Below are positions 1-8,691 of a DNA stretch of 64,000 nucleotides, piece by piece. The stretch covers positions 41,728-105,727 of the forward strand of contig CAZEGE010000001.1 in the NCBI GenBank assembly GCA_964511765.1, given 5' to 3'. The translations under genes and the position numbers were made by a program. The notes beneath the pieces are model-generated. The model ran no database searches. It worked only from the letters and a program-made list of their open reading frames with translations, and was not told where the DNA came from. The stretch comes from an uncultured Anaerolinea sp. GTDB lineage: Bacteria; Chloroflexota; Anaerolineae; Anaerolineales; Villigracilaceae. Numbering within the stretch: position 1 is the first letter of the stretch; every line of letters starts with the position of its first letter.

Positions 1-200
1 ACCTCAACCGTTTGGCCTTCCTTCACAACATCTTCCACTTTATTGACCGCCTCTTGTTGAAGTTGTGATATGTGGATCACGCCGGGTAATGCCTGGCCAA
101 TATCCACGAGCGCCCCCGCCAGAGTGGTTTTTAATATTTTGCCGCTAACTTTAGTTTTTGGTTCAAGCGCGACGGCGGATGCGCTATCAGGTGTCGCCAT
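1..200 (-). CDS. S1 RNA-binding domain protein (runs off the left edge)
   Basis: Manual translation from ATG at 200: MATPDSASAVALEPKTKVSGKILKTTLAGALVDIGQALPGVIHISQLQQEAVNKVEDVVKEGQTVEV, an S1 pattern (G.V....GALVD.G...G.IHISQL). Confidence 0.8.
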   Translation of the reverse strand, partial: MATPDSASAVALEPKTKVSGKILKTTLAGALVDIGQALPGVIHISQLQQEAVNKVEDVVKEGQTVE

Positions 201-306
201 AGTTTAATCTCCTACTGTTTGAAATAATGCCGAAGAAGGATTATACCTGTCCCACAAAAAAACGTCAACTTGAATTCGTGATGGATTAAAAGCGAAAAAC
301 CTGCTC

Positions 307-335
307 TTGCGGTTTGTGTTTTCCATGTGTATAAT
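307..335 (+). promoter_or_regulatory. Sigma70-type promoter for the T-box-ileS transcript
   Basis: TTGCGG (307-312), 17-bp spacer, TATAAT (330-335), just upstream of T-box stem I. Confidence 0.65.
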
Positions 336-348
336 CCACAAAACAAAA

Positions 349-621
349 GCAATGATGGGAACGAGTAAATTTGTCGAAACGATCAGCGAGTCCGAGGTCA
401 GGTGTAAAGCGGATACGGTCAGGCGGTTGAAAATCATCCCGAAGCTGTGAACTGAAATCAAGCGAATAATTGTTTGAGAATAGGGAAGCCGAGCTTGTTC
501 TTCGTTATCAGAACAGGAGGATGATAGTCTTCCAATGAGTGTCTGTCAATTTGACGGAAATCAGAGTGGTACCGCGCGAGCATGGCTCTCGTCTCTGTTT
601 GAGATGAGAGTTCTTATTTTT
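349..621 (+). promoter_or_regulatory. T-box riboswitch (Ile, AUC specifier) with transcription terminator
   Basis: Stem I base GCAATGATGGGA (349-360) with TCCCGAAGC (437-445); AGTA/GAA loop E; AG bulge AGCGAG (385-390); GGTGTAA distal loop (401-407); specifier ATC (433-435); T-box CAGAG-TGGTACC-GCG (562-576) with antiterminator CGTCTCTG; terminator CTCTCGTCTC/GAGATGAGAG followed by TTCTTATTTTT. Confidence 0.93.
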
Positions 622-693
622 AATCGTTAAATCTTTGCAGGTATGATTGTTGAAACGAATAAACCCGATAATTTTTAAGTACTGGAGGCATGA

Positions 694-3600
694 ATGTTTA
701 AGTCGGTACCCCCAAAGCTCGATGTACCTTCGATGGAAGAAAATGTTCTCAAGATTTGGAAGAAACAGGATATTTTCAAGAAGACAGTCGAGCAGCGCAA
801 AGGAAAACCAGAATATGTATTTTATGAAGGTCCTCCCACTGCGAATGGACGGCCTGGCGTGCACCATGTCCTGGCGCGCGCCTTCAAGGATATGTTCCCA
901 CGCTACAAGACCATGCGCGGTTACCATGTCTCACGGCGCGGCGGCTGGGATACGCACGGCCTGCCAGTTGAGATCGAAGTGGAGAAGCAGCTTGGCTTCA
1001 ATAATAAACAACAGATCGAAGAATACGGCATAGATAAATTCAACGAACTTTGCAAGAAGTCCGTTTTTACGTACATTCAGGATTGGGAAAGACTCACAGA
1101 CCGCATCGCTTTTTGGGTTGACCTTGAAGACGCCTATGTAACCTATACCAACGAATACATCGAATCAGTGTGGTGGATCCTGAAAAATTTCTGGGAGAAG
1201 GACTTGCTCTTCAAGGGATACAAGATCGTACCCTATTGTCCGCGCTGCGGTACGCCGCTTTCCGACCATGAAGTTGCCCTCGGTTATGACGAGGTAACCG
1301 ATCCTTCAGTTTTTGTACGCCTACCGCTGGTGGACAAGCCAGACACATCGCTGTTGGTTTGGACAACGACTCCGTGGACGCTTCCCGCCAATGTGGCTGT
1401 CGCCGCACACCCCGAGGTGGACTATGTGACTGTGGAACGCGAGAACAACGGCACAAAAGAGAAACTCATCCTTGCGAAGAATTTGGTCGGGAAAATCTTC
1501 AAAGATGAAGAAGTAAAAGTAGTTGAGACCTTCAAAGGCAGGAAATTGAAAGGGGTGAAATACAAGCCGCTCTTTACCTTTGTGCCAGTGGATAAGCCTG
1601 CTTATTTTGTTGTGCTTGGCGATTTTGTCACCACGGAAGATGGTTCCGGCCTTGTGCATCAAGCCCCCGCATTTGGCGCAGAAGATATGGAAATGGCAAA
1701 ACAATATGATCTGCCAATCCTGCTGACCGTGCAGCCCGACGGTACTTTCATCCCCGAGATCACCCCATGGCGCGGAATCTTCGTCAAGGATGCTGACCCG
1801 CAGATCATCAAGGATCTTGACGCGCGTGGACTTTTATTCCGCGCAGGAACCTTGGTGCATACCTATCCATTTTGCTGGCGTTGCCATACTCCGCTTTTGT
1901 ATTATGCGCGCGAGTCGTGGTATATCCGCACGAGCTCAAAGCGTGACCGCCTCGTGGAATTAAACAAAACGATCAACTGGGTTCCCGATCATATCAAGAA
2001 TGGGCGCTTCGGAAACTGGCTTGAGAATAATATCGACTGGTCCCTCAGTCGCGAGCGTTATTGGGGCACGCCACTTCCCGTCTGGGAATGTGAAAATGAT
2101 GATTGCAAACATCGTGAGTGTGTTGGCTCTGTCGCAGAACTGTCTGAAAAAGCAGGCAAAGACCTGACTGAACTGGACCTACACCGCCCATATGTGGACA
2201 ACGTTTATTGGAAGTGCGGTGAATGCGGAGGCAGGATGACGCGCGTCAAGGACCTGATTGACGTGTGGTTCGACTCTGGTTCCATGCCTTACGCCCAATG
2301 GCATTATCCGTTTGAAAATCAGGAAAAGTTCAAACAACAGTTCCCGGCCGATTATATCTGCGAAGCAGTAGATCAAACTCGTGGTTGGTTCTACTCGCTT
2401 CATGCGATCAGCACTCTGCTGAATGATGGAGTCTCATTCGAGAATGTGATCTGCCTGGGACATATTCAGGATGCCGAAGGACGCAAGATGTCCAAGTCGC
2501 TTGGCAATATCGTTCAGCCATGGGATGTGCTGAACGTGCACGGCGCGGATGCGCTGCGCTGGTATCTCTACACTGCGTCCCCTCCAGGACAGGAACGCCG
2601 CTTTTCATCCGATCTGGTCGGCGATGTGATCCGCAGCTTTACGCTTACGTTGTGGAACGTGTACTCATTCTTTATTACCTATGCCAATCTTGATAAACCT
2701 CAGGGTTTGACGGTGACTGCCGCCGCCAATGATCTTGACCGCTGGCTGCTCTCTGAATTGAATGTGCTTGTCCGGGATGTGACCAAAGCGTATGAAGAAT
2801 ATGATGTCCTGAATGCGACCCGCCCGATAGAGAAGTTTGTTGAAACCCTTTCCACCTGGTATGTCCGCCGTTCGCGCCGCCGTTTCTGGAAGAACGATTC
2901 AGATACAGACAAGCAGGCCGCGTATTCGACACTGTATACTGCGTTGACGACTCTTGCAAAATTGATCGCTCCTTCCATGCCGTTCCTCGCGGAGGAGTTA
3001 TATCAAAACCTCGTCCGTTCGGTGGATGAGACCGCGCCCGAATCTGTGCACCTGGCCGAATGGCCGAAAGTGATGGATGAGTTCATCGACGAATCCCTCA
3101 ACCGGGATATGGAAATCATTGTGAAGGTTGTCTCGTTGGGTCACTCTGCGAGGCAAAAGGCCAACCGCAAGGTGCGCCAGCCTCTTGCGGAAGCTGCGTT
3201 CTCTGTGGGCAACCCCACCGAACGCAAAGCCTTGATGAATAATATGGATGTCATCGCGGACGAGTTGAATGTCAAGCGGGTCCGTTTGTTGGATGCTTCC
3301 ACAGAGGCGCTTACTCACACTGTCAAGCCTTTGCCCAAACAGCTCGGACAGAAATATGGCAACAAATTTCCAGCCATCCAAAAAGCGATCCGCGCCATGA
3401 ATGCCGAAGAAGCAGCAGGGATCTTGCAGTCCGGCCATCCATTGAAAGTGACGGCGGGCGGCGAGGCTTACGATATCCTCCCCGATGAAGTGGAAGTGAA
3501 GGCAATGGCGAAGGAAGGCTTCGCGGTTGCAGAGGAGGGTGCGTACGTTGCCGCTCTCGTCACAGACTTGACGCCCGAACTCATATCTGAAGGATTGGCG

Positions 3601-3843
3601 CGGGAATTCGTGCGCCGTGTACAGGACTTGCGCAAGAGCGCCGGGTTGGATGTCGCCGATCGGGTAGAACTGTTCGTCGAAGCCTCGACAGGTTTGAGGT
3701 CGGCAGTGGAGGCGCACGAGATCTACATCAAGGCGGAAACGCTTGCAACCAAATTATCCTTTGAGAGTCCACCCAAGGAAGCTTCCATTGTTGAAGATGG
3801 ATTCGACGGGGAGAAGGTCAAAGTAGGTTTGGTGAAGGCGTAG
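694..3843 (+). CDS. ileS: Isoleucyl-tRNA synthetase, type 2 (IleRS2)
   Basis: 1049 aa. YEGPPTANG, GWDTHGLPVE, WTTTPWTLPAN editing motif, DWSLSRERYWG, KMSKS. C-terminal REFVRRVQDLRK and no C-terminal Zn finger indicate type 2. RBS GGAGG at 684-688. Confidence 0.97.
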   Translation: MFKSVPPKLDVPSMEENVLKIWKKQDIFKKTVEQRKGKPEYVFYEGPPTANGRPGVHHVLARAFKDMFPRYKTMRGYHVSRRGGWDTHGLPVEIEVEKQLGFNNKQQIEEYGIDKFNELCKKSVFTYIQDWERLTDRIAFWVDLEDAYVTYTNEYIESVWWILKNFWEKDLLFKGYKIVPYCPRCGTPLSDHEVALGYDEVTDPSVFVRLPLVDKPDTSLLVWTTTPWTLPANVAVAAHPEVDYVTVERENNGTKEKLILAKNLVGKIFKDEEVKVVETFKGRKLKGVKYKPLFTFVPVDKPAYFVVLGDFVTTEDGSGLVHQAPAFGAEDMEMAKQYDLPILLTVQPDGTFIPEITPWRGIFVKDADPQIIKDLDARGLLFRAGTLVHTYPFCWRCHTPLLYYARESWYIRTSSKRDRLVELNKTINWVPDHIKNGRFGNWLENNIDWSLSRERYWGTPLPVWECENDDCKHRECVGSVAELSEKAGKDLTELDLHRPYVDNVYWKCGECGGRMTRVKDLIDVWFDSGSMPYAQWHYPFENQEKFKQQFPADYICEAVDQTRGWFYSLHAISTLLNDGVSFENVICLGHIQDAEGRKMSKSLGNIVQPWDVLNVHGADALRWYLYTASPPGQERRFSSDLVGDVIRSFTLTLWNVYSFFITYANLDKPQGLTVTAAANDLDRWLLSELNVLVRDVTKAYEEYDVLNATRPIEKFVETLSTWYVRRSRRRFWKNDSDTDKQAAYSTLYTALTTLAKLIAPSMPFLAEELYQNLVRSVDETAPESVHLAEWPKVMDEFIDESLNRDMEIIVKVVSLGHSARQKANRKVRQPLAEAAFSVGNPTERKALMNNMDVIADELNVKRVRLLDASTEALTHTVKPLPKQLGQKYGNKFPAIQKAIRAMNAEEAAGILQSGHPLKVTAGGEAYDILPDEVEVKAMAKEGFAVAEEGAYVAALVTDLTPELISEGLAREFVRRVQDLRKSAGLDVADRVELFVEASTGLRSAVEAHEIYIKAETLATKLSFESPPKEASIVEDGFDGEKVKVGLVKA

Positions 3844-3862
3844 TTGAGAAAGTAGAAGGTGG

Positions 3863-3902
3863 AAAACAGATTTCGGAAGTCGAATCTTCCGAAATCTGTT
3901 TT
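3863..3902 (+). terminator. Intrinsic terminator after ileS
   Basis: Perfect 17-bp inverted repeat AAAACAGATTTCGGAAG / CTTCCGAAATCTGTTTT. Confidence 0.85.
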
Positions 3903-3980
3903 AATTTATAATCTCAACGTACCTGTTTGCTTGCCTGCGTGTTTACATGTCCACATTTTCAAATATCAAAGGAATTACCC

Positions 3981-4703
3981 ATGACGATTTCTGCAATAGC
4001 ACATAAACCAAATCCCTTGCGCGTGATCGCCGCATGGAGTGTGCATCTGTTTACTGCGACGGGCGCAGTGTTCGGCCTGCTTGCAATCCTAGCTATTTTT
4101 GAACGGAACTGGCGCATGATGATCATTTGGATGATCGTCGCCATGCTGGTCGACGGTTTTGACGGGATGCTGGCCCGTTGGGCGGATGTGAAAACATATG
4201 CAAGCGGAATTGACGGCGCACTGCTGGATAACATGCTCGATTATCTCAACTATGTGCTTGTGCCCGCCATCTTTTTGATCGAAGCGGACATCTTGCCGCC
4301 AGGCGTTCGATTGTTGGGCGCATGCTCCATTCTTTTGACTTCGGCATATCAGTTCACACAAATCGACGCAAAAACAGACGACCATCATTTCAAGGGCTTT
4401 CCATCCTATTGGAATGTGGCCGCGTTATATATGTTATTGATGAACCTGCCGCATTGGGTGAATTTTGGTTTTCTGATGTTATTCAATATTATGGTTTTCA
4501 TCCCAATTAAATATATTTATCCCACCCGCAATAGTTATTTGCGAAACCTGACGCTTGCGTTGACCTATCTTTACGGCGCAATTGGAATTTGGGCATTGAT
4601 CCAGTATCCCAACCAGCCCAAGTGGGTAGTGTGGGTTTCGTTTGTTTATGTTGCATATTACATTGGATTGAGCATTATTCCCAAAAAATCAAATGCAAAT
4701 TGA
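3981..4703 (+). CDS. pcs: Phosphatidylcholine synthase-like CDP-alcohol phosphatidyltransferase
   Basis: AWSVHLFTATGAV N-terminus, DGFDGMLAR...IDGALLDNMLDYLNYV motif, and KTDDHHFKGFPSYWN, all Pcs-type. Start moved to ATG 3981. Confidence 0.75.
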   Translation: MTISAIAHKPNPLRVIAAWSVHLFTATGAVFGLLAILAIFERNWRMMIIWMIVAMLVDGFDGMLARWADVKTYASGIDGALLDNMLDYLNYVLVPAIFLIEADILPPGVRLLGACSILLTSAYQFTQIDAKTDDHHFKGFPSYWNVAALYMLLMNLPHWVNFGFLMLFNIMVFIPIKYIYPTRNSYLRNLTLALTYLYGAIGIWALIQYPNQPKWVVWVSFVYVAYYIGLSIIPKKSNAN

Positions 4704-5148
4704 GATTGTTACAAAAGCGGATGGTGAGCTTTACGAGGCGTTTCAACGCCTTGTGCCGCAACTGACCAATAACAATCCGCCACCCTCCCTGGACGATTTA
4801 GCTGGTCTGGTCCAAGATCCAGCCTCCACGCTGATGGTTGCCCGTAATGAAAATGGCAATATCATCGGCGCATTGACTCTCACAGTCTACCGCGTGCCGA
4901 CGGGAATCCGCTCTATTATTGAAGATGTGATCGTGGATATTTCCGCACGAGGAGAGGGGTTCGGGGAAGCTTTGATGCTGCGAGCCATTGATTTGGCGCG
5001 TGAAAAGGGTGCGGGAAATATCTCGCTGACATCCAATCCCTTGCGTGTAGCGGCGAATAGTTTATACGTGAAATTGGGATTCAAGAAACGGGAGACGAAT
5101 ACATTTCAAATCAGGCTATCATATGACGATGAGAAGGAAATTCGATGA
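4693..5148 (+). CDS. GNAT family N-acetyltransferase
   Basis: IEDVIVDISARGEGFGEALM acetyl-CoA binding motif; A(N)SLYVKLGF. Confidence 0.85.
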   Translation: MQIEIVTKADGELYEAFQRLVPQLTNNNPPPSLDDLAGLVQDPASTLMVARNENGNIIGALTLTVYRVPTGIRSIIEDVIVDISARGEGFGEALMLRAIDLAREKGAGNISLTSNPLRVAANSLYVKLGFKKRETNTFQIRLSYDDEKEIR

Positions 5149-5155
5149 TCCCCCT

Positions 5156-6337
5156 TTATTCGACTCCACGTGGTTGGCTAGGAGGGCTGGGCGAATCAGA
5201 CGCACTCCCCTGCCTAGATAGGCGTATTTGTTTGATCAATAACCAAACCAGGATGAACAGGTTGATAAAAGCTCCGGTCTTAACATACGCAACTGAGGTT
5301 TGCGCTAGGAATGGCATATACGACAGGCCTGAGGAAATTTGAAATAAGACTGGAACAGCCCAAAGACCGGGCATCCAAAAAGCGACTGCCAGCGAAAGGG
5401 CATCTGCAGGATAAAAATAACGCTCATGCATTTTCGGCAGTACAAAGGGTGCCAGGCTTAATGATATAAGGGCAAGTAGCAACAAGGTCTTCCCATCAGG
5501 TTTTTTTAAAGTGCGCCAGGTCAGCGCGATCCAGGCTGCGATAGACAGGAAGCCGGCGATCAGGGCAGGCTTGATTATTAATGGATACGCTGATCTTGAT
5601 ACCAGGATGTACAAGTTAGGCGCGTTCTTCGAAAGGGCTGTGCCTTTTGAAGCCTGGGAAAAATAGATCGACAACACATCCTGCCAGCTTCGCCCCAAAT
5701 ACACCGACGGTATCATCAAAACCATATACACAACCGGGACTAATAAATAATAAAACCATGGAATTTTTTTGTTGAACGTAAGGACCGCCAGGAGGGGTGT
5801 AAGAAATATTGCCTGCTGTTTGAAAGCGAATGCAAGTGAAAAAAATAATACCGCCTTGAACGCATCCTCTATTACGAGAAAGTAGACGCTGGTTAGTAAA
5901 AACGCTGTATAAATGCTATCCGCCTGCCCCCAGATACTGCTATTTATGACTATTGTTGGCAGGGCAAAAAAAATGGACGCCCCGAGGTACGGTACTGGGC
6001 TTTTGGGGTATTTTAAGCCGATCAGTCGCAAGACGACCAGGCCGGCATAAACATCAAAAAAAATGGAAATCAATTTAATCGCTGTCACTTTTGGGATTAC
6101 CCCGAACGTGAGGGTGGCAATGGCTAATAAATATAAATAAGGGGGGGTATAATTTGAAAATGTCTGTCCCAGCGGTACCAGTATTCCGCCCCTTTGAATT
6201 ATGTTATACCAGGGAAGCAGGAAGTGTTTCATATCGACAGATCTCCACTCGATGTAGGCGATACGGATATAAAGCGAAACGCCGATAAGAAGGGTGGAAA
6301 TCAAATAAGGAGCGTATTTTTTAAAGGATTGCGGCAT
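5156..6337 (-). CDS. Integral membrane GT-C-type (GT87-like) glycosyltransferase
   Basis: 393 aa, multi-TM. NYTPPYLY, SSIWGQADSIY, AFAFKQQA and LPKMHERYFYPA motifs. Confidence 0.7.
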   Translation of the reverse strand: MPQSFKKYAPYLISTLLIGVSLYIRIAYIEWRSVDMKHFLLPWYNIIQRGGILVPLGQTFSNYTPPYLYLLAIATLTFGVIPKVTAIKLISIFFDVYAGLVVLRLIGLKYPKSPVPYLGASIFFALPTIVINSSIWGQADSIYTAFLLTSVYFLVIEDAFKAVLFFSLAFAFKQQAIFLTPLLAVLTFNKKIPWFYYLLVPVVYMVLMIPSVYLGRSWQDVLSIYFSQASKGTALSKNAPNLYILVSRSAYPLIIKPALIAGFLSIAAWIALTWRTLKKPDGKTLLLLALISLSLAPFVLPKMHERYFYPADALSLAVAFWMPGLWAVPVLFQISSGLSYMPFLAQTSVAYVKTGAFINLFILVWLLIKQIRLSRQGSASDSPSPPSQPRGVE

Positions 6338-6443
6338 GCCGAGGCCTCCAGTCTTTGACCAAATATATTCCTGATTTCAAATACAAGATCGTGAAATTGT
6401 ACTACGTGGATCGAATCCATCCGCACCCAATCCGGCGGTCAGG

Positions 6444-7115
6444 TTAGAGCGCCACGAGAAACCGCTTCTCAGACAAGCGCAAGTTACTGTATTCGCCGCG
6501 GTAGTCCTCGGGGAGTAATTTTGCAAGCTCGTACATCATCTCATCCACGATTTGCTGGCGGATTTCACCCGTGATCTTGACGCCCTCGACGTTGATCGTA
6601 AATGGTTCGCCGACGCGGATGTGAAAATCTGTGCGTTTCAGGCGTTTCAAGTTCTTTAGATAATCCTCGCCGCCCCAGTGGGCAATGGGGATGATTGGCG
6701 CGCCTGAATGGAGTGCGATCATGACGGTGCCAGGCAGGGCGCGTTGAAGTTTTCCTAATTTATTGCGTGTGCCTTCGGGAGCCAGTCCGAAGATCTTGCC
6801 ATCCTCCAGGGCCTTCAACGCAAGTTTGAGCGCTTTCATGTCCGCTTCACCGCGGCGGACGGGGATAGTCCCCCAGACGCCGAAAATCCAGCGTAGAAAC
6901 CAGTTATCCCATGATTCTACTTTTGCCCAGCCAGTCAGAGGACGAGGCTGCAGGTGCGCGAACAACATCGGCACTTCGATCTGTCCTATGTGATTCGCGA
7001 TGGCGATCAGTGGTCCCTGCATGGGGAATTTATGTAAGTCCGGTGCGTCAATGCGGCAGGTGATGCGGGTATATACGCGGATTACGAAGTTGATAAACCA
7101 GGGGGTGAGTTTCAT
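6444..7115 (-). CDS. plsC: 1-acyl-sn-glycerol-3-phosphate acyltransferase family
   Basis: ANHIGQIE (HX4E variant), PVRRGEAD, FGLAPEGTR, APIIPIA. Start placed at MKLTPW (7115). Confidence 0.8.
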   Translation of the reverse strand: MKLTPWFINFVIRVYTRITCRIDAPDLHKFPMQGPLIAIANHIGQIEVPMLFAHLQPRPLTGWAKVESWDNWFLRWIFGVWGTIPVRRGEADMKALKLALKALEDGKIFGLAPEGTRNKLGKLQRALPGTVMIALHSGAPIIPIAHWGGEDYLKNLKRLKRTDFHIRVGEPFTINVEGVKITGEIRQQIVDEMMYELAKLLPEDYRGEYSNLRLSEKRFLVAL

Positions 7116-7119
7116 GGAT

Positions 7120-8040
7120 TCAGGCGCAGACAATTTCGAGTTCTTTCGGGAGCAGTTCAAGGGTAAGGTGCGAACCGTCCAGGCAGATAAACTCTCCATC
7201 GGCGTGGGCGGGGAAGGTCGTATCCAGTGATTTGATCGAAACAGTTTTCGCGCGTTTCATTTGGATTTCAGGAAGCGAGGCCTGTGTCCCTTTGATGAAG
7301 TGTGGGATCATGCTCAGAATACGACCCTTGGATGCGGTTTCGGCGATACACAGATCGAAGAAACCATCATCGGGCTGGCTTTCGGGAGCCATTTGAAAAC
7401 CGCCGCCCATGCGCCTGCCGTTCATGACGGAGATCATCAGCGATACCTGCCTGATGGTTTCCTGGCCGTCTAAAATTATTTCAACTTGCGGGGGATTGTA
7501 ATAAAGGAAAACGGTTTTGATGACGCCGATCAGGTAGGCAGGCAAACCGCGCGTCCAGCGGACTTTGACGGCTTCGTTACCCACCGCTGCATCAAAGCCG
7601 ACGCCGATGCCGTTTCCGAAATATCTGCCTTCGGGATAATCGCCGCCTTTAACAAGGCCGATGTCTATTTTTTTACGTTTGTTTTCATTCAAGGCCTTCA
7701 AGCCGTCCTTCAAATTGGTGGGAATGCCCGTGCCGCCTGCAAAATCGTTGCCTGTGCCGATTCCGAGCACTGAGAAGGCGGACAAGGTATGACCATCTTT
7801 TCGGGCGCGCATGATGCCATTGATGGCCTCGTTCGCGGTGCCATCTCCGCTGGCGCACACGATCACATCATAACCATCGCGGGCGGCGCCTTCGGCTAAT
7901 TCCGCCGCATGCCAGACGCATTCGGTTTGTACAAGCGTAAAATCCAGCCCGTAATTACGCAGGCTGGATTCGATTTGTGGAATTGATCTGCCACCAAGCC
8001 CATGGCCTGATGTTGGATTGACGATGACAAAATATTTCAC
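7120..8040 (-). CDS. Diacylglycerol/lipid kinase (YegS/DagK family)
   Basis: IVNPTSG, SGDGTANE, GTGNDFA and HADGE motifs. GTG start. Confidence 0.9.
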   Translation of the reverse strand: MKYFVIVNPTSGHGLGGRSIPQIESSLRNYGLDFTLVQTECVWHAAELAEGAARDGYDVIVCASGDGTANEAINGIMRARKDGHTLSAFSVLGIGTGNDFAGGTGIPTNLKDGLKALNENKRKKIDIGLVKGGDYPEGRYFGNGIGVGFDAAVGNEAVKVRWTRGLPAYLIGVIKTVFLYYNPPQVEIILDGQETIRQVSLMISVMNGRRMGGGFQMAPESQPDDGFFDLCIAETASKGRILSMIPHFIKGTQASLPEIQMKRAKTVSIKSLDTTFPAHADGEFICLDGSHLTLELLPKELEIVCA

Positions 8041-8103
8041 AGTTTGCTCCCGGTTTGAAATTGGGGCGAGTGTAACATATTTCAGGTGTGGGCGAGCAAG
8101 CCG

Positions 8104-8682
8104 TTACGATTTGGATATTAAATAGTCTTCGGGGGTATCCAGGTCAGCGATCACACTGGGTGTATTCACAAGTACGTAGTGGATTGTGCGGGCGTGTTTT
8201 TTTAAAAAATCACGCGGTGTTTTTGGCGACTTCATGGCCAATAATTCATCCCAAAGAGACCGCGCAACAAGCCAGGGATGCCCGCGCTGCATTTGATAAC
8301 TTGGGACGACAATCTGGGATTTGCTTTCAAGGAAGGCATTACAGATGCTGCGCACGCTTCTTTCCTCGACCTGGGGCTGGTCGCCAAGACAAATGAGAGC
8401 GGCGCTCGCCTCACGCATTTTTACAGACAAACCCAACTGGATCGAGCTCAACATTTCACCGTTTTTATAATCTTCATTAAAAACAGTCTGGACCGTTTTA
8501 CCGATCAGCACTTCGATCTGTTGGCGTGCCCCACCGGTGACAACCAGAATATCTTTGATACCGGAAGCCTGGAATGTGGAAATAACCGTTTGCAACACCG
8601 TGCTTTTCCCCCATGGCATCAGCATTTTCGGTTCGCCCATCCGTTTGGATTCGCCTGCGGCGAGGATGATCGCTGTAATCAT
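8104..8682 (-). CDS. mocA: MocA-like NTP transferase (molybdenum cofactor cytidylyltransferase family)
   Basis: IILAAGESKRMGEPKML, CLGDQP, QRGHP, DLDTPEDY. Confidence 0.8.
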   Translation of the reverse strand: MITAIILAAGESKRMGEPKMLMPWGKSTVLQTVISTFQASGIKDILVVTGGARQQIEVLIGKTVQTVFNEDYKNGEMLSSIQLGLSVKMREASAALICLGDQPQVEERSVRSICNAFLESKSQIVVPSYQMQRGHPWLVARSLWDELLAMKSPKTPRDFLKKHARTIHYVLVNTPSVIADLDTPEDYLISKS

Positions 8683-8691
8683 GATTTTTCT

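Noticed and set aside
204-1033. ORFs 204-461, 508-927 and 647-1033
   Set aside because: They overlap the promoter/T-box or ileS in other frames, have no recognisable motifs, and are best read as shadow ORFs.
6444-7115. HX4E instead of HX4D in plsC as a novel activity
   Set aside because: A conservative substitution; the other motifs are normal, so there is too little evidence for anything new.
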